From Nostoc sp. PCC 7120 = FACHB-418 (GTDB lineage: Bacteria > Cyanobacteriota > Cyanobacteriia > Cyanobacteriales > Nostocaceae), in assembly GCF_000009705.1 (NCBI RefSeq), contig NC_003272.1, positions 4,200,001 through 4,232,000 on the forward strand: a DNA stretch of 32,000 bases, written 5' to 3'. The notes beneath the pieces are model-generated. The model worked only from the letters and a program-made list of their open reading frames with translations, was not told where the DNA came from and ran no database searches. Both the position numbers and the translations under genes were made by a program. Positions 8,281 through 14,034 of this stretch are shown one piece after another; within the stretch, counting starts at the first letter, position 1; every line of letters starts with the position of its first letter.

Positions 8281-8820
8281 ATGGATGATTTGACAACTCG
8301 CCGCCTTCGGGTTGTTGAACAACGTTATGGAAAAAAGGCACTGGAATTAGCTTATCATGCAGCCTTACCCCTGACACTCACTTCAAGTTTGCTTTATTGT
8401 CTGCGAGAAACTTTTGTTCCCGATTGTCCTTGGTATGCAATAGCCGATGTGTTGCTATCAGGGTTATGTGAAACGATAGGCTATGACTTGTATGAAATGG
8501 AAGATAACACAAGATATGCCTTAATAGAGAGATTGCGAGAGGATCAAAGGTTTGGGGAACAGCGACTCCATGACTTGTCTAATTTTATGTCCCATTACAT
8601 TTTAAATCGCTTCAAGCAAGAGACTAATGAATATCGACGCGAGTGGATACCATTATCATACTTGATAGCAGATGGGGAAGGGGTAAATGCTATCAAGGAA
8701 CAATTGCGAAACTTGCTAGAAGCCTTACCAGAAGATGATGAAGAACGTATCAAATGGAAAGAGTTAGAAAAAAATACGAGGATATCTTCAAAGAGAAAGG
8801 CTTTGAGCCGTTGTTATTAA
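8281..8820 (+). CDS. helical module of unknown function, possibly the frameshifted N-terminal part of DGR target 1
   Basis: ATG at 8281 is preceded by AGGGAG (8272-8277). The ORF ends 45 nt after an A7 run (8768-8774). At that run a -1 shift joins it in frame to the 8754-9824 ORF. Confidence 0.55.
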   Translation: MDDLTTRRLRVVEQRYGKKALELAYHAALPLTLTSSLLYCLRETFVPDCPWYAIADVLLSGLCETIGYDLYEMEDNTRYALIERLREDQRFGEQRLHDLSNFMSHYILNRFKQETNEYRREWIPLSYLIADGEGVNAIKEQLRNLLEALPEDDEERIKWKELEKNTRISSKRKALSRCY

Positions 8821-9824
8821 AACCGTCACAAGATGAGCCTGACGAAAAAACTATCTTAGATGATGAGGAAAAGGCAATTGCACAAGCAATCGGAGTTGAG
8901 TTAAAACCTTGTCAGTATGATGTCGCAGTTATTAGTCCCAGTTTTAAGTTTGAAACCGTAACAGTAAATGCTCTCGGAAAAGTAATTAACACAGAGCAAA
9001 AACAAGCAATTTACTATGTAGAGTTCTTAGGGAAAACACCGGGAGAACCCGCAGAACTAGGAATCGAGATGGTAGCGATTCCGGGGGGAACTTTTAACAT
9101 GGGTTCGCCAAAAAATGAGCCAAACCGCAGCCACCATGAAAGTCCCCAGCATACCGTAACTGTGCAGCCTTTCTTTATGAGTAAGTATCCTATAACTCAG
9201 GCACAGTGGCGATTTGTAGCACAGTTGCCCCAAATAAATCGGGAAATAAGCTCAGAACCATCTCGTTTTAAAGGAGATACTTTACCAGTAGAACAAGTCT
9301 CTTGGTACAATGCTGTTGAATTTTGCCATCGCCTTTCTAAATATACAGGTAGACCCTACACTCTACCAACCGAAGCCGAATGGGAATATGCGTGTCGTGC
9401 TGGAACAACAACCCCATTCTATTTTGGAAAAACCATTACTGGTGACTTAGCCAATTATGATGCTACAAGCAACTATTTAAATGAACCTAAAGGACAATAC
9501 AAGGAGCGAACAAACCCAGTAGGACAATTTCCGCCTAACGCCTTTGGTTTATACGATATGCACGGAAATGTATGGGAATGGTGTCTAGACGATTGGCACA
9601 ATAACTATAAAGGTGCGCCAACAGATGGCAGCGCATGGCTTGACAATAATGATAACCTTTATCAAAAACAAGGAAGTGCTGTGCTGCGGGGCGGCTCCTG
9701 GGACGACCTTCCTGAAGGCTGCCGTTCCGCGTCCCGCCTCAGCCTCAATAGGGCGGTGCGCGACCTCATCCTCTACAGTTTTGGTTTTCGTGTTGTCTGC
9801 GCGTTCGGGAGGATTCTTCAGTAG
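8754..9824 (+). CDS. DGR target protein 1: FGE-sulfatase / C-type-lectin-fold domain with C-terminal VR1
   Basis: FGE-sulfatase family motifs are present: MVAIPGGTFNMGSP, VSWYNAVEFCHRLS, LPTEAEWEYACRAGTTTPF, GLYDMHGNVWEWCLDDW, LRGGSW. The last roughly 45 codons are the variable region, matching TR. Confidence 0.9.
   Translation: MERVRKKYEDIFKEKGFEPLLLKPSQDEPDEKTILDDEEKAIAQAIGVELKPCQYDVAVISPSFKFETVTVNALGKVINTEQKQAIYYVEFLGKTPGEPAELGIEMVAIPGGTFNMGSPKNEPNRSHHESPQHTVTVQPFFMSKYPITQAQWRFVAQLPQINREISSEPSRFKGDTLPVEQVSWYNAVEFCHRLSKYTGRPYTLPTEAEWEYACRAGTTTPFYFGKTITGDLANYDATSNYLNEPKGQYKERTNPVGQFPPNAFGLYDMHGNVWEWCLDDWHNNYKGAPTDGSAWLDNNDNLYQKQGSAVLRGGSWDDLPEGCRSASRLSLNRAVRDLILYSFGFRVVCAFGRILQ
9684..9811 (+). 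other. DGR variable region VR1 (128 bp)
   Basis: Colinear with TR 12414-12541. I counted 19 mismatches by hand and every one is at a TR adenine. The flanking blocks CTGCGGGGCGGCTCCTGG and TTGGTTTTCGTGTTGTCTGCGCGTTCGGGAG are identical. Confidence 0.93.
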
Positions 9825-9922
9825 CCCTTTATACTTTTGTCCTTTTACCCTTTGTACTTGTTCTTTTTTACTTTTCTGTCGCCTTATGGCGACTCGAATT
9901 TTTCACCAAAATATGAAGATTA

Positions 9923-10762
9923 ATGGCACAAACTATAATTGAACATCATCGACGGACAGGGCTGCATTTTGTTGAAGACTTGGGGAATGGAGTTCAACTA
10001 GAGATGATGCTGATTAAAGGTGATATTTTTACGATGGGCGCACCAAAAACAGAGGAAGCCAGCAGAGATAGTGAACGACCTCAACATGAAGTGACTATTC
10101 AAACTTTTTTTATGGGTAAGTATCAAGTCACTCAAGAGCAGTGGAAAGCAGTAGCAGTACTACCGCAGGTCAACAGAAAACTCAACCCAGACCCATCTAA
10201 CTTTAAAGGTGCAAATCGACCTGTTGAGCAAGTATCTTGGTATGATGCGGTGGAGTTTTGCGATCGCCTGACTGCCCATACAAAAAGACCCTACCGCCTA
10301 CCAACTGAAGCAGAATGGGAGTATGCGTGTAGAGCCGGAACAACAACCCCGTTTCATTTTGGCGAAACAATTACATCAGAGTTAGCTAACTATGATGCTA
10401 CTAAAACTTATGGTGCTGGGGTAAAAGGAACGTATCGACAAGAAACGACAGACGTAGGGAGCTTTGGCGTAGCGAATCATTTTGGGCTATACGATATGCA
10501 CGGAAACGTATGGGAATGGTGTCTAGACGATTGGCATAGTAGCTATGAAGGTGCGCCGACAGATGGTAGTGCGTGGTTTGATAATAATGATAACCTTTCT
10601 CAAAAGCAAGGACAAGCCGTGCTGCGGGGCGGCTCCTGGAGCTCCTCTCCTGTAGTCTGCCGTTCCGCGTCCCGCGGCAACAACGATAGGGCGGGGCGCG
10701 TCTACCGCTACTACGCTGTTGGTTTTCGTGTTGTCTGCGCGTTCGGGAGGACTTTTCAGTAG
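9923..10762 (+). CDS. DGR target protein 2: stand-alone FGE-sulfatase / CLec-fold domain with C-terminal VR2
   Basis: Paralogue of target 1 with the same motifs (VSWYDAVEFCDRLT, LPTEAEWEYACRAGTTTPF, GLYDMHGNVWEWCLDDWH, LRGGSW). Only about 30 residues precede the FGE domain. Confidence 0.9.
   Translation: MAQTIIEHHRRTGLHFVEDLGNGVQLEMMLIKGDIFTMGAPKTEEASRDSERPQHEVTIQTFFMGKYQVTQEQWKAVAVLPQVNRKLNPDPSNFKGANRPVEQVSWYDAVEFCDRLTAHTKRPYRLPTEAEWEYACRAGTTTPFHFGETITSELANYDATKTYGAGVKGTYRQETTDVGSFGVANHFGLYDMHGNVWEWCLDDWHSSYEGAPTDGSAWFDNNDNLSQKQGQAVLRGGSWSSSPVVCRSASRGNNDRAGRVYRYYAVGFRVVCAFGRTFQ
10622..10749 (+). other. DGR variable region VR2 (128 bp)
   Basis: Colinear with TR. I counted 21 mismatches by hand: 20 at TR adenines and one at a TR thymine (TR 12499 T, VR2 10707 G). 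Confidence 0.93.
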
Positions 10763-10971
10763 CCCTTTATACTTTAGCTCTTTTCCACTTTGTACTTGTT
10801 CTTTTTTACTTTTTCTTAGCGTAACGGAGTGGAGCGTTGAAAATTTTTTTCAAATCAATCCAGGATAGAAACTAAATACATAAAAAATGAAGCCGCGAGT
10901 ATAAATAGATTAAGACTATTGACCCTGAGCGCAGCCGAACTGTTGATAAAAATATTAAGATTGATTAAAAA

Positions 10972-11316
10972 ATGAAAGAATTATCGGTCATCCAAAAGAC
11001 CTATGATTGTATTAAATGGTATGTGCCAATTATTGAGAGATTACCCAAAATTCATAAATTTACTTTGGGAGATAGAATTATCAATCAACTGTATGATTTA
11101 TTAGAGGGATTAATTAAAGCCAAATATGCTAAAAATAAACTACCTCAACTAGAATCTCTCAATAGCCAACTAGATATTTTACGCTATCAAACAAGAATGC
11201 TATTTGATTTTGATAAGATGTCAATTGAGCGATACGAATATGTTATCAAGCTAATAGATGAAATTGGTACGGAATTAGGGGGTTGGATTAAAAATCAAAG
11301 AAACAGAGAAAAATGA
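10972..11316 (+). CDS. avd: Avd-like accessory variability determinant (four-helix-bundle / 23S rRNA-IVS protein family)
   Basis: 114-aa helical protein directly upstream of the RT. Its N-terminus, KTYDCIKWYVPIIERLPKIHKFTLGDRIINQLYDLLEGLIKA, is typical of the four-helix-bundle family that includes DGR Avd. Confidence 0.85.
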   Translation: MKELSVIQKTYDCIKWYVPIIERLPKIHKFTLGDRIINQLYDLLEGLIKAKYAKNKLPQLESLNSQLDILRYQTRMLFDFDKMSIERYEYVIKLIDEIGTELGGWIKNQRNREK

Positions 11317-11333
11317 TATTTAAATAAAAGATA

Positions 11334-12392
11334 ATGAAACGTTACGGTAATCTTTACCAGGAAATCATTAATTTTGAAAATATACTTATAGCATCGCGTC
11401 AAGCACAAAAAAGCAAGCGGTTTCGGGACAATGTTTTAGATTTTAATTATCATCTAGAAACTGAATTAATTAAATTACAGAAACACTTAACAGATAAAAC
11501 CTATCAGCCAGGAGCTTACCGAACATTTCGTTTAACCAACCCCAAGAGTCGCTTAATTTCTGCCGCACCCTATCGAGATAGAGTTGTTCACCATGCACTA
11601 TGCAACATCATTGTGCCAATTTTCGAGAGAGCTTTTGTAGCTGATTCTTATGCTAACAGAATTGGTTTTGGAACCCATCGAGCGTTGAAAAAATTTACTC
11701 ATTCTGCTCGTAACAGCCCCTATGTACTTCAATGTGATATCAGAAAATATTTTCCGAGTATTGACCACATAATTTTAAAAGAATTAATCCGTCGTAAAAT
11801 CAAATGCCCCGATACATTGTGGTTAATTGACACTATCATCGATAATAGCAACGAACAAGAAACAGTGATTGATTATTTTGCTGGAGATGATTTACTCTCT
11901 CCTATAACTCGCAGGAAAGGTTTACCTATTGGAAATTTGACCAGCCAATTTTTTGCGAATATTTATTTAAATGGCTTTGATAAAATTATCAAAGAAGAGC
12001 TAAAAATATCCAAATATGTCCGTTATGTTGATGACTTTGCCTTATTTAGTGATGACCGAGAATTATTAGCCGATGCTAGACTAGCAATAGAAGCATATTT
12101 AGCTGAATTAAGGCTGAAAATCCACCCAATTAAAAGCCAATTATTTGAAACGAAAATTGGTGCAACTTTTCTGGGCTTCAGGATATTTTCTCACAAAATT
12201 CGGGTCAGAAATAGTAATTTACATCAAGCAAGGCGCAGACTTAAGCGATTGAAAACAGACTATGCTCAAGGTAAACTTGAACTTAATCAAGTAACTCAAT
12301 CTATGAGAAGTTGGATTGCTCACCTAGAACATGGTGATACTTGGCGATTACGCAAACAGATATTTACTTCCCTCCATTTTAGGAGAAAGTAG
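11334..12392 (+). CDS. DGR-type reverse transcriptase
   Basis: RT motifs are present: [16 protein letters not shown], the catalytic motif [12 protein letters not shown] (YxDD), and the DGR-diagnostic [17 protein letters not shown] (the I/LGxxxSQ motif). TR follows 21 nt after the stop. Confidence 0.93.
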   Translation: MKRYGNLYQEIINFENILIASRQAQKSKRFRDNVLDFNYHLETELIKLQKHLTDKTYQPGAYRTFRLTNPKSRLISAAPYRDRVVHHALCNIIVPIFERAFVADSYANRIGFGTHRALKKFTHSARNSPYVLQCDIRKYFPSIDHIILKELIRRKIKCPDTLWLIDTIIDNSNEQETVIDYFAGDDLLSPITRRKGLPIGNLTSQFFANIYLNGFDKIIKEELKISKYVRYVDDFALFSDDRELLADARLAIEAYLAELRLKIHPIKSQLFETKIGATFLGFRIFSHKIRVRNSNLHQARRRLKRLKTDYAQGKLELNQVTQSMRSWIAHLEHGDTWRLRKQIFTSLHFRRK

Positions 12393-12413
12393 AGAAGGGG
12401 TAGGCGAACCCGA

Positions 12414-12541
12414 CTGCGGGGCGGCTCCTGGAACAACAATCCTGAAAACTGCCGTTCCGCGTCCCGCAACAACAACAATAGGGCGGAGCGCGACAACATC
12501 AACAACAATATTGGTTTTCGTGTTGTCTGCGCGTTCGGGAG
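12414..12541 (+). other. DGR template repeat (TR), 128 bp
   Basis: Contains 32 adenines by my count, arranged as AAC/AAT codon runs. In the VR frame it reads [42 protein letters not shown]. It matches both VRs except at adenines. Confidence 0.93.
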
Positions 12542-12845
12542 TACTCTTCACCGCGAGAGTCGGCAGGTGGGAATCTGTCGAGAGTGCAACTGAAGAGTCC
12601 AGCCTACACCTGTGATGTCGGTGACGATATCCAAATATAAAACCGGGTTGCGTAGCTTGGTAGGCGAAAGCCGAACAGTTGCTCAACCCTACAAACAAAA
12701 TTCAAAATTCTCTGTCTTGACCATTTCAGGATTTTGGGCAGATCCAGCCAGAACCTAGCTCTGCATCGGATAGGGGTTATGACGAAATATAGCCGATGAG
12801 TATCGCAAAATAGCAGAAGAACAACAAAATATAGCTTGGGACACA

Positions 12846-13049
12846 GTGGAGCAATCAAACACTGGAGAGCCAATTACCAAGCATTACCATGTAATTCTGC
12901 ACTATGAGCGCATTGCAGAGGAAGAATCAAAGTTTGAGGCAATGCACAATACCATTATGGGAAATACGGTGGTGGAGAATGCCAATATCACCGTGATTGA
13001 GATTGATCCAGATATACCAATAGAGCCTTTAACGCGATCAAGGGATTGA
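12846..13049 (+). CDS. hypothetical protein (67 aa)
   Basis: GTG-initiated ORF from the track with no motifs. Coding status is uncertain. Confidence 0.25.
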   Translation: MEQSNTGEPITKHYHVILHYERIAEEESKFEAMHNTIMGNTVVENANITVIEIDPDIPIEPLTRSRD

Positions 13050-13298
13050 GTGGGCTAGTGAAATGAGATTTTCAGGACTTTAGTGCTATTGCGATCGCCA
13101 AAAGCTTAAGCTTCTTTACGAGACGCTGCGCGAACGCTTATCGCCTGCGGTGGAGCTTAGACCATCGCCTACTTGATTTCAGCTTACCGTTTTGTCTGCA
13201 CATAAATCTTTGTGATTTACAGTAGAGAATTTTCTCAATCACAGCACAACCATTGAAGGCACGCAGATCAAACACCCGAAACTGAAATCCTGAATCTG

Positions 13299-13886
13299 CT
13301 ATTTAACTAGCTGGACTGTTTTATAACCATACGAACCCATAGAATCCTTATTCTGCCGTTGCTGGTGGAGGGTTGCCAAATGCTCTAATGCTTGGTTCAG
13401 ACCTCTTGAAATGTGCCGCTCATATCGAGCTAATTTATCTGTATCTTGCGGCAAAGCCAGGGATTTTTTCTCCTCTTCCCTAATCTGTGCCTGCAAACTT
13501 TTCAGTTCTGCACCCCCACTTCTATCGCTCCCCAAATCAATGAGTGATTGCAAGGCATCGGGAAATTTAAAATTCATTTCAGCCCTTAAAATAGAGAGAT
13601 TGGCGATCGCCGCCTCCGCCTGCCAAAGCCGACTTAACTTTAGCCAACCCATTGCCACTTGCTGCACCAGCAGTTTTTCCGTAGCAGTTGTTGGTTGATA
13701 TTCGTCAATTAAGGACTGTACAAAGCCTGGAAATACCTCTAAATCTTCACCCATTACTAACGGTGGATTAACCGACAGTAACCCATGTCGTGTAGAGTTT
13801 CCAGAAGCAATAGATTTGCCCTTTTGTGTAACTGGGCCACGAGATTTTTTTCCATTGGCTCGACAAATTTCAGGATTGGCAACCAT
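13299..13886 (-). CDS. hypothetical protein (195 aa) at the distal end of the integrative element
   Basis: Clean ORF with a basic N-terminus (NGKKSRGPVTQKGKSIASGNSTRHGLL) followed by a helical region. I have seen this architecture near integrases, but its function is unknown. Confidence 0.6.
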   Translation of the reverse strand: MVANPEICRANGKKSRGPVTQKGKSIASGNSTRHGLLSVNPPLVMGEDLEVFPGFVQSLIDEYQPTTATEKLLVQQVAMGWLKLSRLWQAEAAIANLSILRAEMNFKFPDALQSLIDLGSDRSGGAELKSLQAQIREEEKKSLALPQDTDKLARYERHISRGLNQALEHLATLHQQRQNKDSMGSYGYKTVQLVK

Positions 13887-14034
13887 AAGCTTCTCTTACA
13901 AAATTAATAGTATATTCATCGCTTTTATTTCTTCACAAGTGGAAGAACTAATACAATTTGTGTATGTATAAAGTCGCAAGTCAAGTGGCTTGTATTAGTA
14001 ATTCCCTGTACTAAGACTTTGTGAGTGATCGCGG

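Larger units (their letters stand above)
8754..12598 (+). mobile_element. diversity-generating retroelement cassette (target1-VR1, target2-VR2, avd, RT, TR, TR-proximal hairpin)
   Basis: All canonical DGR parts are on one strand with an adenine-specific TR/VR mismatch pattern. It is a retroelement that mutagenises its targets, not a transposing element. Confidence 0.9.

Noticed and set aside
9613-9942. 109-aa ORF overlapping the end of target 1, VR1 and its flank
   Set aside because: It is an alternative-frame reading of the GC-rich VR scaffold (GAAPGTTFLKAAVPRPASA...). The same artefact recurs over TR (12331-12615), so the ORF comes from repeat composition and is not a gene.
8754-10762. FGE-sulfatase proteins as genuine formylglycine-generating (sulfatase-maturing) enzymes
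   Set aside because: No sulfatase gene is nearby, and the C-terminal part of the fold is the hypervariable region templated by TR. This fits the ligand-binding CLec use of the fold, not catalysis.
11334-12392. RT as a retron or group II intron reverse transcriptase
   Set aside because: It carries the DGR-specific IGNLTSQ motif, has an Avd gene upstream, and has a TR/VR pair with adenine-only mismatches. I saw no msr/msd-type inverted repeats, and the ORF has no intron domain V/VI-like flanks or maturase/endonuclease extension.
12331-12698. ORFs 12331-12615 (+) and 12348-12698 (-) across the TR region
   Set aside because: They overlap the RT 3' end and the non-coding TR. Their low-complexity T/A/P/R-rich translations mirror the VR off-frame artefact. 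TR functions as an RNA template.
13050-13298. Left attachment site (direct repeat of the tRNA-Gly 3' end) for the integrative element
   Set aside because: Scanning this spacer and the rest of the window by eye, I found no copy of GGGAATCGAACCCGC or adjacent tRNA sequence. The boundary is left open, not asserted.
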